Below are positions 1 through 9,127 of a stretch of 46,267 bases of DNA, one piece after another (the first letter of the stretch is position 1; each line of letters begins with the position of its first letter). The DNA comes from a bacterium. GTDB taxonomy: Bacteria > Patescibacteriota > Microgenomatia > Levybacterales > UBA12049. Under the pieces are notes generated by a model that was not told the origin of the DNA, ran no database searches, and saw only the letters and a list, made by a program, of their open reading frames with translations. The stretch covers positions 101,595-147,861 of the forward strand of contig JAKALS010000002.1 of assembly GCA_021813145.1 (NCBI GenBank). Direction: 5' to 3'. A program made the position numbers and the translations under genes.

Positions 1-221
1 ACTCTAATCTTATCGCCTTTTATGTGTCCGAGAACTTTTGCCGAAACTTTTGCGTTTGTTACAAAAGGTTTGCCAAGTTCTACATTCCCGTCCGAAACCG
101 AAAGTAAAACTTCGTCAAAAGTAACAGGCCCTTCTTTTGCGTCAAGCCTGTCTATTTCGATTACATCACCTTCGGAAACTTTATATTGTTTGCCTCCTGT
201 TTTGATAACCGCGTATTTCAT
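1..221 (-). CDS. rplU: 50S ribosomal protein L21, 3'-partial (runs off the left edge); not in the supplied ORF track
   Basis: Reverse strand from ATG at 221 reads MKYAVIKTGGKQYKVSEGDVIEIDRL...VLL...GKPFV, the classic bL21 N-terminus. Confidence 0.97.
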   Translation of the reverse strand, partial: MKYAVIKTGGKQYKVSEGDVIEIDRLDAKEGPVTFDEVLLSVSDGNVELGKPFVTNAKVSAKVLGHIKGDKIR

Positions 222-237
222 TCGTATTATTATAACA
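222..237 (-). promoter_or_regulatory. Extended -10 promoter of rplU, leaderless geometry
   Basis: Minus strand TGtTATAAT (TATAAT at 234-229), then 7 nt, then ATG; no Shine-Dalgarno. Confidence 0.7.
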
Positions 238-243
238 GATAAT

Positions 244-1326
244 TTATCCGATTTCTAGAACTTCATCCCGTCTCGCAGACTTCTCCACCGCGTTTAAAAG
301 CCCTAAAATTATAAAGTTTGAAAGCAAAGAACTGCCTCCGTAAGAAACGAAAGGAAGGGTTACTCCGACAATGGGTAAAAGCCCTACATTCATTCCGGCA
401 TTTATAAAAAACTGCAAAAGAATAATAAAAAAACAAACTGCGGAAAAAACTTTGGAAAATCTATCTCTGGAATTTTGGAAAATTATAAAAATCCTGTAAA
501 GTAAAAATACAAAAGCGCCTAAAATAACAAGAGTTCCGATAAAACCTACCTGCTCCGAAATTGTTGCAAAAATAAAATCGGTATGTCTTTCGGGCAAAAA
601 CCTTAAGCCTGACTGTGTTCCCTCCCCAAAACCTTTTCCTATAATCATTCCCGAACCCACCGCAATTATCGATTGTATTGCGTTATAAGAAGAGCCTAAA
701 GGGTCTTTTCCCGGTTCTATAAAAGTAAGGAGTCTTTGTTTCTGGTAATCGTGCAAAAAATGCCAGAGAATAGGAAATACTGCAGCAATAGACGCAAAAC
801 CCGCCAAAAAATATTTATAGGGAAATCCGAAAAATACAAGAGTAAGCAAAGCAACAAGAACGTAAATAAGGGCATCACCAAGGTCCGGCTCCAGAAAAAT
901 TAATACAGCTATGGGAAGAATCAAAAGACCGACGGACAGAAGCGATCTAAATGAATAATTTTTAAGGTTGGAAAGATAAGCTGCCAAAGAAACTGCAAGA
1001 AAGGGTTTCAAAATTTCGGAAAACTGGACCCTAAAGCCCAATAACTCTATGGAGCGTACGGAGCCCCTGCTTTCTATTCCTAGAAAAAGAACTATAAAAA
1101 GAAGTGCCAGGGATACTATATATATAGGGGCCATGTAGAGCTGGATTATTTTGTAATTTACCTGAGAAAAAAAGAAAAAAACAAAAAGCCCTATTATTAA
1201 AAATATAAACTGGCTTTTAAAAAAAGTTATATCTATGGAAAACATCGTGGCAAGGCTTAACATGGCAAGTACTATCGCAGGCACAAGAAGCGCAAAGTCA
1301 AAATTCCATATACTGTTTCTATTCAT
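244..1326 (-). CDS. rodA: SEDS-family peptidoglycan polymerase RodA
   Basis: About 10 TM segments; QFSEILK, EPDLG, YQKQRL..F.....DPLGSSYNAIQSIIAVGSG, FLPERHTDFIF, GVTLPFVSYGGSSLL. A separate ftsW lies in the dcw cluster. Confidence 0.92.
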   Translation of the reverse strand: MNRNSIWNFDFALLVPAIVLAMLSLATMFSIDITFFKSQFIFLIIGLFVFFFFSQVNYKIIQLYMAPIYIVSLALLFIVLFLGIESRGSVRSIELLGFRVQFSEILKPFLAVSLAAYLSNLKNYSFRSLLSVGLLILPIAVLIFLEPDLGDALIYVLVALLTLVFFGFPYKYFLAGFASIAAVFPILWHFLHDYQKQRLLTFIEPGKDPLGSSYNAIQSIIAVGSGMIIGKGFGEGTQSGLRFLPERHTDFIFATISEQVGFIGTLVILGAFVFLLYRIFIIFQNSRDRFSKVFSAVCFFIILLQFFINAGMNVGLLPIVGVTLPFVSYGGSSLLSNFIILGLLNAVEKSARRDEVLEIG

Positions 1327-4300
1327 TTCTTTTTACCGAGAAATCACCTTTTGAAAGTTTTGCGACTAAAGCTTTTCTTTTAATATAATCGGTAAATTGT
1401 TCGGGCCAATACGGAACAGAAACATTGACTTTTTCATCGGGCCTTGTTCCGAGAGCTTTTCTTTGCTCCTGTGTCTGTCTGACTATATCTCTTGCCAAAC
1501 CGAAGTCTAAATCCTGGTTCTCTTCTCCTGTTGAAGCGTTTACCGAATACCCTTCCGTTTTTTCTCCGAAATTAAGTTTTTGAACATTTATTTCGTCCAT
1601 TACGACTTTTAATACGTCTTTTGAAAACTGCGTATCACCGTTATAGACCATTTCCTTAAGAGGTATTCTTACTTTAATATTAGCCTGCTTTCGGAATGCA
1701 TGCGCAACCTCGACAAGTTCCCTTGCTTTTGCCATTTCTTCCTCCAGTTCTCTATTTACGAGTTCTTTTCCGGCTTTTGGCCAATCGGAAAGATGGACCG
1801 ATTCCTCGCCCGTTAAATTTGTATATATTGAATCCGCAAGAAAGGGCGTAAAAGGAGCAAGGAGTTTCGATAAAGTCATCAAAACTTCATATAAAGTTGA
1901 ATAGCATAGATTCTTATCTTTGTCGTTTTCGGCCGAAGGCCCTACCCTATCCCTGCTTCTTCTTACGTACCAAAGGGAAAGGTCGTTTACAAATTCTTCT
2001 ATAGAAAGCGAAGCTTTTTGCGCGTCGTATTCTTCAAGGCCTTTCGTTACAACTTCTATTGTTTTATTTAATCTGGAAATAATCCACCTGTCCAATATCT
2101 GATTGCTGATTATGGATTTTTGATTATTGGACGGCTTCCAACCGTCTGTATTTGCATAGGTTATAAAAAAGTTGTAAACGTTCCAAAGCATGATATGGAA
2201 TTTTCTTCTTGTTTCGTCGGCTGTTTTATATCCGAAAAGAAGATTCTGTTCGGGGTTGTGGGTTACAAACATCCACCTCATTACGTCTACGCCTATTTTG
2301 TCCGCCCCTTCGTTAAACTCTATCATGTTTCCCCATGATTTGTGCATCGGCCTTCCGTCTTCGCCAAGCATCGTCCCAAACCCCAAAACAAGTTTGAATG
2401 GGCTAGCATTCTCTAAAACCGTGGACATTGCTATCATCGAATAGAACCAGTTTTTAAACTGCCCGGGGAACGACTCTGTTATAAAATCTGCGGGAAACCA
2501 TTCTTCCCAGTATTTTTTATCAGTTGTATAACTCAGTTTCCCTGTTTTCGGGTCAACATAGGTAGAAAAAGGAACAATTCCGGCGTCGAGCCAAACGTTT
2601 CCCACATCGTTAACCCTTGAGACTACCGCACCGCATTTCGAACATTTTATTTTCACTTCGTCTATATAGGGCTTGTGGGGACTATGGCCTTCAAACTTGC
2701 CCCATCCTTCTACCGCCCTTTCCTTAAGCTCTTCCTTGCTTCCAATCACTTCAAAATTTCCGCATTCTTTGCATTCATATATAGGAAGTGCAAGTCCCCA
2801 GTACCTGTTTTTCTTGCTTATGAGCCAATCGCTCATATTGGAAAGCCAGTCCAGCTCCCTTTCCAATCCGAACTCAGGCCTCCATTCGATTTTTTTCGCG
2901 GTATCCATCATCTCTTCCCGAAGAGTCTTATTATTTGTTTTTCGTTCATTATTCTTTGAACTTTGGCCTACCTTATCCATTGCAATATACCATTCGTTTG
3001 TCACTTTCCAAACGAGCTCGGTTTTGCACCTCCAACATGCTGGATAACGGTGCGTATACCCCATTGTCTTTAACAAGAATTTTGAATTTGCGGTATTCTT
3101 TAAAAAGTCTATTATTATCTCGGGGTGCTTTTTTGCGTTTTGTCCGCCGAATTCTCCCATGGAAGTCACATAGGAAGCGTCATCGTTGATAGGCGAAATT
3201 ATAGACAACTTTTCTTTTTTTCCAAGGTCGAAATCTTCTTTTCCCGCCCCCGGCGCAACGTGCAAAAGGCCCGTTCCTTCCCCTGCCGTTACTATTTCCG
3301 AACCGTCAACTACTCTATGGAAGGTATCGGGATTTTCTTCGCGGGCTTCTTTTACAATAGAAAGAAAATCAAAAGGAGCTTCATATTTTAAACCGATAAG
3401 CTCTTTGCCTTTTACTTCACGCACTTCTTCAAATTCTTCTTCGAGCCCGTTAAATATATAATCGCTTACGGGAATTTCTTTTCCCTTAAGAGACCTTACG
3501 GGAGAATTACCTTCCCCGTCTTTTGAAATAAATATAATTTTTTCTTTTGTTTTTTTGTTTTCCCAGACCTTATAGGTAAATTTAACGTTGACTCCTACCG
3601 CAACGTTCGCAGGTATCGTCCAGGGGGTTGTTGTCCAAACCAAAAGGTATGTATTCTCAAATTCTTTATCTAAAATGGGAAGCTTAAAAAATATTGTCTC
3701 GTGGGTTAATTCTTTATAGTCTTCGGTAAGCATTTCGTGCTGGGAAATCGCCGTTTCGCACCGCGGGCACCACGGAACGCTGTCTTTTCCCTGATAAATC
3801 CAGCCTTTGTCGTAACAGGTCTTTAAGAAATGCCATATCATGTAGTTGTTTTCGTCCGACATTGTGTAGTAAGAGTGATCCCAGTCCATAAAATAACCCA
3901 ATCTTCTGCTCTGCTGTGTCTGAATTGTGCTGAATTTTATTACCCTCTGCCTGCAAAGCTCCACGAATTTTGCAATGCTGGCGTTTTTATCCCCTTCGAC
4001 CAGGTTTTCTATATCCCTTTTGTTTCTTATTCCGAGTTCTTTTTCTACCTCTACTTCTACCCATAAACCCTGACAGTCGAAACCGTTCTGAAACCTCTGT
4101 TTGTATCCGCGCATATTCCAGAACCTCTGCCATAAATCCTTGTATGTTCTCCCCCATGCATGATGTACGCCCATTGGATTATTTGCGGTTATGGGACCGT
4201 CGAGGAAAGAATACCTTTTTTCGGATTTCCCGTTTCTTTGGAGATATTTATCTAACAGATTTTCTTTTTCCCATTTTGTAAAAAGTTCATTTTCAAGTTT

Positions 4301-4366
4301 AGGGAAATCGACTTGAGGAGAAACAGGTTTAAATTCCGCTAGGGAATTATCAGAGTTTTTGGTCAT
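1319..4366 (-). CDS. ileS: Isoleucyl-tRNA synthetase, type 2, with GVHH and PMHKS signature variants
   Basis: FLDGPITANNPMGVHH, GFDCQGL, LLVWTTTPWT and GEGTGLLHVAP (CP1 editing), HRYPACWRC, DW.ISK..RYWG, LWYVRRSRDR; C-terminus lacks the type-1 zinc finger. Confidence 0.96.
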   Translation of the reverse strand: MTKNSDNSLAEFKPVSPQVDFPKLENELFTKWEKENLLDKYLQRNGKSEKRYSFLDGPITANNPMGVHHAWGRTYKDLWQRFWNMRGYKQRFQNGFDCQGLWVEVEVEKELGIRNKRDIENLVEGDKNASIAKFVELCRQRVIKFSTIQTQQSRRLGYFMDWDHSYYTMSDENNYMIWHFLKTCYDKGWIYQGKDSVPWCPRCETAISQHEMLTEDYKELTHETIFFKLPILDKEFENTYLLVWTTTPWTIPANVAVGVNVKFTYKVWENKKTKEKIIFISKDGEGNSPVRSLKGKEIPVSDYIFNGLEEEFEEVREVKGKELIGLKYEAPFDFLSIVKEAREENPDTFHRVVDGSEIVTAGEGTGLLHVAPGAGKEDFDLGKKEKLSIISPINDDASYVTSMGEFGGQNAKKHPEIIIDFLKNTANSKFLLKTMGYTHRYPACWRCKTELVWKVTNEWYIAMDKVGQSSKNNERKTNNKTLREEMMDTAKKIEWRPEFGLERELDWLSNMSDWLISKKNRYWGLALPIYECKECGNFEVIGSKEELKERAVEGWGKFEGHSPHKPYIDEVKIKCSKCGAVVSRVNDVGNVWLDAGIVPFSTYVDPKTGKLSYTTDKKYWEEWFPADFITESFPGQFKNWFYSMIAMSTVLENASPFKLVLGFGTMLGEDGRPMHKSWGNMIEFNEGADKIGVDVMRWMFVTHNPEQNLLFGYKTADETRRKFHIMLWNVYNFFITYANTDGWKPSNNQKSIISNQILDRWIISRLNKTIEVVTKGLEEYDAQKASLSIEEFVNDLSLWYVRRSRDRVGPSAENDKDKNLCYSTLYEVLMTLSKLLAPFTPFLADSIYTNLTGEESVHLSDWPKAGKELVNRELEEEMAKARELVEVAHAFRKQANIKVRIPLKEMVYNGDTQFSKDVLKVVMDEINVQKLNFGEKTEGYSVNASTGEENQDLDFGLARDIVRQTQEQRKALGTRPDEKVNVSVPYWPEQFTDYIKRKALVAKLSKGDFSVKRNE

Positions 4367-4401
4367 AATGAAATTTTCCCGTTCTCTAACGGGATAAACA
4401 T
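4363..4401 (-). CDS. Putative leaderless upstream mini-ORF (leader peptide) of ileS, MFIPLENGKISL
   Basis: ATG lies 7 nt after a TAAAAT -10 box; Ile codons at positions 3 and 10; internal hairpin TCCCGTT-AGAG-AACGGGA (4394-4377); TGA stop overlaps the ileS ATG (ATGA). Confidence 0.55.
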   Translation of the reverse strand: MFIPLENGKISL

Positions 4402-4408
4402 AAGCATA

Positions 4409-4437
4409 ATTTTAACTTATACGGGGAATTTGTTCAA
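4409..4437 (-). promoter_or_regulatory. Sigma70-type promoter of the uORF-ileS-rodA unit
   Basis: TTGAAC (4437-4432), 17 nt, TAAAAT (4414-4409). Confidence 0.7.
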
Positions 4438-4472
4438 CATTTAACCTTCTCCTTTTTATTACGCCCAGAGCT

Positions 4473-4667
4473 CTACGGTCTACCTACTGTATTTGAATCA
4501 AAAACAACCTTTAAATCAGTAAACTTTCCCCAACATGTATGATCAAGACCGAGTTTTAACTGCCCCGGAGATTTGTCGTCTTTTCTGGATTGAATAAACC
4601 TCTGGTGCCTCCAACCGTCCTCAACTACAATCACTCCCCTTGTCCTTCTTAGATATTCGTTAATCAT
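4473..4667 (-). CDS. Small hypothetical protein (64 aa)
   Basis: ATG start overlaps the upstream stop (ATGA) and the ORF fills the gap before the ileS promoter; no recognisable motif. Confidence 0.4.
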   Translation of the reverse strand: MINEYLRRTRGVIVVEDGWRHQRFIQSRKDDKSPGQLKLGLDHTCWGKFTDLKVVFDSNTVGRP

Positions 4668-5119
4668 CTTTTCTTAAATAACCTCTTAATCCACATATGG
4701 TCGTGAATCTCGCTGATTACAAAAATAATACTGAATATAATTATTACGTAGATAATAGCGTCTATACTGTCTCTTCCCTGCCTTTCCCAATAGACATCCC
4801 TAAGATACAGCCATAAAGCGAACTCATCTATAGTCAAAGCGGCGCCTATACCAAAAAGAATTGCCATGATATGCCTTATTCTATCGGAAGCCCAAAAAGA
4901 GATACCTATGTAACCCGAGAAAATCAAAAGAAAAATTCCGGGAACAAGGTGGTGTATATGAAGTAATCCGTTCTGATTTGGCAAAAGACCTGCTTTTTGG
5001 AGATGGGTAACAGTCCTTACAAGGGCAAATGAGATTAAAAAACTGAGCAGGATGAGGATTTGGGAGAGTCTTTTGCTGTCTTTTGTTTTTTTAATAATGC
5101 TTTTTAGAGCATTAATCAT
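4664..5119 (-). CDS. Four-TM integral membrane protein with HIHH and DEFALW motifs, unknown function
   Basis: Four hydrophobic segments; LHIHHLVPG...GAALTIDEFALWLYL.DVYW..QGR.SIDA resembles a conserved uncharacterised membrane family; own promoter. Confidence 0.85.
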   Translation of the reverse strand: MINALKSIIKKTKDSKRLSQILILLSFLISFALVRTVTHLQKAGLLPNQNGLLHIHHLVPGIFLLIFSGYIGISFWASDRIRHIMAILFGIGAALTIDEFALWLYLRDVYWERQGRDSIDAIIYVIIIFSIIFVISEIHDHMWIKRLFKKR

Positions 5120-5125
5120 ACACTC

Positions 5126-5198
5126 ATAATAAATAAAAAATCCCTTAAAGACAATAAGCTTTTGCCTATTGACAATGATTGATATACTCTGATGTAAT
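5126..5198. promoter_or_regulatory. Back-to-back divergent promoters, both leaderless
   Basis: Minus: TTGTCT(5154-5149)-17-TATTAT(5131-5126)-6 nt-ATG 5119. Plus: TTGACA(5169-5174)-18-TGTAAT(5193-5198)-6 nt-ATG 5205. Confidence 0.65.
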
Positions 5199-5204
5199 TA
5201 ACAT

Positions 5205-6116
5205 ATGAAGAAGAAAACTGTCCACAAAAAGAAAAAAGTTCCTTCCAAAAAAGAAACCTCTTATCTTCAGTATGTTGTAATCACGTTTGCCATTGTTGCT
5301 TTGGTATTAATCGGACGTGCGGGATACCAAACCCTGAGCTCCACGGGCGTACTTGGAACATCCATTAACCAGGATGCCGGCGACCAGGAAGCGGGAGACC
5401 AGAATCAAGCTTCAAATTTGCCGGGAAGTGCCGGAGAACTCAGAAATGCGGGGAATGCCTTAAGACCGACACCTCCCGCAGATGCCTTAAACTCCGAAAT
5501 CAATAATGCAATCCAAAATACAAATAACGAAAGAAATACCGTTATGGAAAGAACGCAAACGGAAGCCGGTGGTGTTCCCCCCGAAGCAATAAGAAACCGT
5601 ACCCAGCTTGAACTTAACTCGAGCGAAAGTGCTCAGGTAAGAGAACAAACGCTTAATAAAATAAATGAGGCTCTTCAGGAAGCAGACCTTCATATAGGAA
5701 CAACCTCTGCTAACGAATTTGAAATAACAAACAAAAATACAAGAGCTATAACAAACTTTCCCTTAAGTGTTGATACGGCAACAAACATGCTTTCTGTAAC
5801 AACTCCAAACGGCACAAAAGATGTTGCCGTTTTACCGGATCAGGCGGTACAAAACCTTATTGCGCATAATGTTATCGACCAGGTCAGCCAGACAACCCCC
5901 TCAACCACAGGAGCCCAATTAGCTCTCGTTCAATTAAGACTTTACGGAAATAATCCTGTTTTTCAGGTAACCGGTACAGATAATAAAAATCTCTTTGGAT
6001 TCATACCAATAACAATAAACAGAACAGCTTTAGTCTCGGCGCAAACAGGCCAGGTGGTAACCGTTAACGAAAGTATCTTAAGTAAAATCTTTGACCTCTT
6101 TTCCGTCCAGCCTTAA
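5205..6116 (+). CDS. Membrane-anchored extracellular hypothetical protein (303 aa)
   Basis: Lys-rich N-terminus, one TM helix, Asn/Gln/Thr-rich linker, C-terminal domain ending LFGFIPITINRTALVSAQTGQVV; stop abuts the convergent gene at 6117. Confidence 0.88.
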   Translation: MKKKTVHKKKKVPSKKETSYLQYVVITFAIVALVLIGRAGYQTLSSTGVLGTSINQDAGDQEAGDQNQASNLPGSAGELRNAGNALRPTPPADALNSEINNAIQNTNNERNTVMERTQTEAGGVPPEAIRNRTQLELNSSESAQVREQTLNKINEALQEADLHIGTTSANEFEITNKNTRAITNFPLSVDTATNMLSVTTPNGTKDVAVLPDQAVQNLIAHNVIDQVSQTTPSTTGAQLALVQLRLYGNNPVFQVTGTDNKNLFGFIPITINRTALVSAQTGQVVTVNESILSKIFDLFSVQP

Positions 6117-7619
6117 TCAGGGATATCTTAATTTATATTCCCGAAGCTCTAACCCCGGGGAAAAATCTTTTATCAAAAGCCTCTGGTAATGAGTATCTAA
6201 ATAATTTTTTATAGAATTTTCGTAGCCCTGGTTGTAAGAAAAAATTACATACAGATCCCCGTAATTTTTCGTGTAGTTTTTAACCTGGGCGGCAAGTGAA
6301 ACGGTAGAGTATGAAGGAATTCTACCCGATTTATAAACATTCCAAAGGGGAATAGTAACTATAGAAGCAGAACCTTTATAATAATACTCAAAGGGATAAA
6401 TGGTAAAAGGCGAAGTAATTGCAATTATATCGTCAGGTTTTGCGTTTTTGTCAAGATAAAGAGCAACTCCCTGATAATCTTCCTTTACGGGTGTGGAATT
6501 TGAAATATTCTGAAAAATAAGAAATCCAAACATTGCAAGTGCAAATACCATAAGAACAAGAGCCGATAATTGCTTAGAAATATGAAAAAGAGTCCATGCC
6601 AAGAGTATAAAAAATGACGGTGTAACAAATATTAGATACCGCGTTAAGAATATCGGCTTAAAAAAAATCGACACCACAAAAACCAGGCCGATAGGAATCA
6701 TTACTGTAAGCAAAAAATAAAGGATATTTTCTATTTCTATATCGGATTTCCTTTTTGAAAAAAGAAAGAATATAGGTATAACAGAAAGAGGCCAAAGAGA
6801 AACAAGAAAAGACTGAAGACTTGTACTTTGAAAACCGAAAAGAAAATTTACGAGAGTCTGGAAAATATCATAGGGGGTGGTGGCGGGGATAAGGGGCTGG
6901 GTATTGGCAGCTCCTCCCTGGAGAAGAAAGAATATCACCCAGGGAAGAAAAAACAAAGCTGCCAAAAAGACTGGCGTAAGAAAATTTTTGATAATCCCGA
7001 AATTCCACTTTACATAATCTCTAAAAGATCCGACATGATTAAATCTTCTTATAAACCAATAGAGGAAAAAAATTCCCTGTGCCATTATCAGAAATATGAA
7101 AAAGTAATGGGTAAAAAGACCGAGAAGTATCGAAAAAAAGTATCCGACTTGTCCCCTTTTTCCTCCCGTATGTATCATCTTAAGGAAAAAATAATGGCTT
7201 AAAACAGCCATAAAAGTTACAATTGTGTACATTCGGATTTCGAACGAATACCAGATGATAAAAGGCGATAGCGAATAAAGAGCAATTGTTAAAAGAGCTA
7301 TTCTTGTATCGCTGGACTTTTTTGCGACAAGATACAATACCGGAATAGTAAAAAGAAAGAAAATAAAGGAAAGAAGACGGGCCGAAAATATACTAATCCC
7401 GAAAGCCTCTATCCAAAAATGTAAAATAAGTTCATATAAAGGGACCGTTACGTCCAAAGATATATAAGAAATGATTCCGGGGATACTCTTTGTTGCCACC
7501 CAAAGTGACTGTGCCTCGTCTAGTCTTAAAGACTGTTGGAATAAAGTATAAGCGCTTATCAAAAGCGAAAAGATTACAAACAAAAATATAATAATAAACG
7601 TACTTCTTTCTCTCGTCAT
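6117..7619 (-). CDS. GT-C fold polyprenyl-phosphate-sugar-dependent glycosyltransferase (GT39/PMT_2-like)
   Basis: SLRLDEAQS after TM1, PLYELILHFW, ARLLS, SPFIIWYSFEIRMY, GLFTHYFF, RYLIFVTP; about 11-12 TM and a C-terminal extracellular domain. Confidence 0.85.
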   Translation of the reverse strand: MTRERSTFIIIFLFVIFSLLISAYTLFQQSLRLDEAQSLWVATKSIPGIISYISLDVTVPLYELILHFWIEAFGISIFSARLLSFIFFLFTIPVLYLVAKKSSDTRIALLTIALYSLSPFIIWYSFEIRMYTIVTFMAVLSHYFFLKMIHTGGKRGQVGYFFSILLGLFTHYFFIFLIMAQGIFFLYWFIRRFNHVGSFRDYVKWNFGIIKNFLTPVFLAALFFLPWVIFFLLQGGAANTQPLIPATTPYDIFQTLVNFLFGFQSTSLQSFLVSLWPLSVIPIFFLFSKRKSDIEIENILYFLLTVMIPIGLVFVVSIFFKPIFLTRYLIFVTPSFFILLAWTLFHISKQLSALVLMVFALAMFGFLIFQNISNSTPVKEDYQGVALYLDKNAKPDDIIAITSPFTIYPFEYYYKGSASIVTIPLWNVYKSGRIPSYSTVSLAAQVKNYTKNYGDLYVIFSYNQGYENSIKNYLDTHYQRLLIKDFSPGLELREYKLRYP

Positions 7620-7622
7620 GGT

Positions 7623-9125
7623 TTATTCTTGATACCCTATATTTGGAGACTGTCTGAATATAAAAAAACTCCTCCAGTTGTAAGCGGCCTTTATAAAAGG
7701 CAAAAACATTATTATGTTAAATATTGCCCAGGCGCTGTTTGTAAATACGGCCGGATTCTTGTTGTCGAGATTTAACGCAATACCGATTACCGCAAGTACA
7801 ATATATAAAAGATGGGGATAAATCAAAAATAAGTAATTGCCTTCCTGTCTTTTTTTTGAAGTTACGGCAAAACCCACTTTTCTTCTTGTTAAAAGGGAAA
7901 AAAGAGCGGAAAGCTGCAAAAACCAACTTGCCTGGGAAAAGGAAATTGCCCTGAAAGTTATACCGCCCCCCGAAACTAAAAAAATTGTATAAAGGTTTAA
8001 GAACATGTACGGAATAAAATAGAGCGCAAATGATTGAGTTGTGGAAGAAACGGGTTGTAAGCCGAAGAAAAGGAATAAGATAGGCATTATTATATCTATA
8101 AGAACTATAAGACCGTTAAGATAAAAAAGGGCCGAAAGAAAATATTCTACTCTTTGAGCAAAAGTAAATCCTCTCCTAAAAAATGGGTTATATCTGAATA
8201 ATATTTCTAAAGAACCCCTGGCCCAGCGCTGCTGTTGTTTATAATAAGAGAGCAAATCCAGTGGGGCAAGGCCTTCGGCAAGAATGTTTGGATAATATAC
8301 AGACTTCCATTTTCTCTTGTGGATGAAATAAGAGGTCAAAAAATCTTCGGCAATGCTTTTTTCGTTTATTCCTCCTACATCTTCAAGCGCTTTTCTTCTT
8401 AGTACAAGATTCGTTCCGCAGATAAAAGAGGAATTAAGGTTATCTTTTGCCGACATAATAGGCCCGAAAAAAAGATCTTGCTGTTCCCATGCTCCCCGCG
8501 TAATTTCATTCTGGTCGAAATTCTTGTAAAATTGCGGCGATTGAACAAAAGCAACTTTTTCATCGTAAAAATAAGGGACGAGTTTACTTAAAAAATCCTT
8601 ATTGGGAATCATGTCGGCGTCAAATATCGCTACGAGCTCGCTTTGAGTACTTCTTAAACCGTTATTGATATTGCCGGCTTTTGCCCCGCCCGGTATTCTT
8701 CTTGTTATGCATTCTACCCCCAAATCCTGTGATGTTCTTTCTATTTCCTTCCAGTTTTCTTTGTTTGCGACGAAGCCGTCGTTTAAAACAACCACTTTAA
8801 AGTTTGGATAATTCATTTCTTTTGCCGCTTTTATTGTCCGGGTAACTATGTCTACAGGCTCCCCTGCTACCGTTATAAATACGGTTACAGAGGGATCGAA
8901 GTAATTTGGTGAAGTCACTCTTTTTGGAATTTTCCTATTCCAAATCGTATACCAAAAGCCGAAGGACATGATTATATGATAGATTTCGCCAAAAAATAAA
9001 AGCGCATATAAAAAAACATTTCCCATATGAGGCAAATAAAACCACCAGGAAATATAAACAATTGCCATTAAAACGTTTATAAAAAGTAAAAGGTTGGGAA
9101 CATATCCCCTTGTTATTCTTTCCAT
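7623..9125 (-). CDS. Cellulose-synthase-like processive GT2 (BcsA/CesA-like) lacking a PilZ domain
   Basis: LNDG, AKAGNIN, FDADM, VQSPQ, FICGTN, AED, QQQRWARG, gating-loop FAVTSK; 2 N-terminal and several C-terminal TMs; ends shortly after the last TM. Confidence 0.9.
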   Translation of the reverse strand: MERITRGYVPNLLLFINVLMAIVYISWWFYLPHMGNVFLYALLFFGEIYHIIMSFGFWYTIWNRKIPKRVTSPNYFDPSVTVFITVAGEPVDIVTRTIKAAKEMNYPNFKVVVLNDGFVANKENWKEIERTSQDLGVECITRRIPGGAKAGNINNGLRSTQSELVAIFDADMIPNKDFLSKLVPYFYDEKVAFVQSPQFYKNFDQNEITRGAWEQQDLFFGPIMSAKDNLNSSFICGTNLVLRRKALEDVGGINEKSIAEDFLTSYFIHKRKWKSVYYPNILAEGLAPLDLLSYYKQQQRWARGSLEILFRYNPFFRRGFTFAQRVEYFLSALFYLNGLIVLIDIIMPILFLFFGLQPVSSTTQSFALYFIPYMFLNLYTIFLVSGGGITFRAISFSQASWFLQLSALFSLLTRRKVGFAVTSKKRQEGNYLFLIYPHLLYIVLAVIGIALNLDNKNPAVFTNSAWAIFNIIMFLPFIKAAYNWRSFFIFRQSPNIGYQE

Positions 9126-9127
9126 AT

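Noticed and set aside
3462-3517. Repeated CTTACGGGA...TTCCC segment within ileS as an inserted element or intein
   Set aside because: It is only a short imperfect duplication in a variable CP1 loop, with no intein or mobile-element hallmarks.
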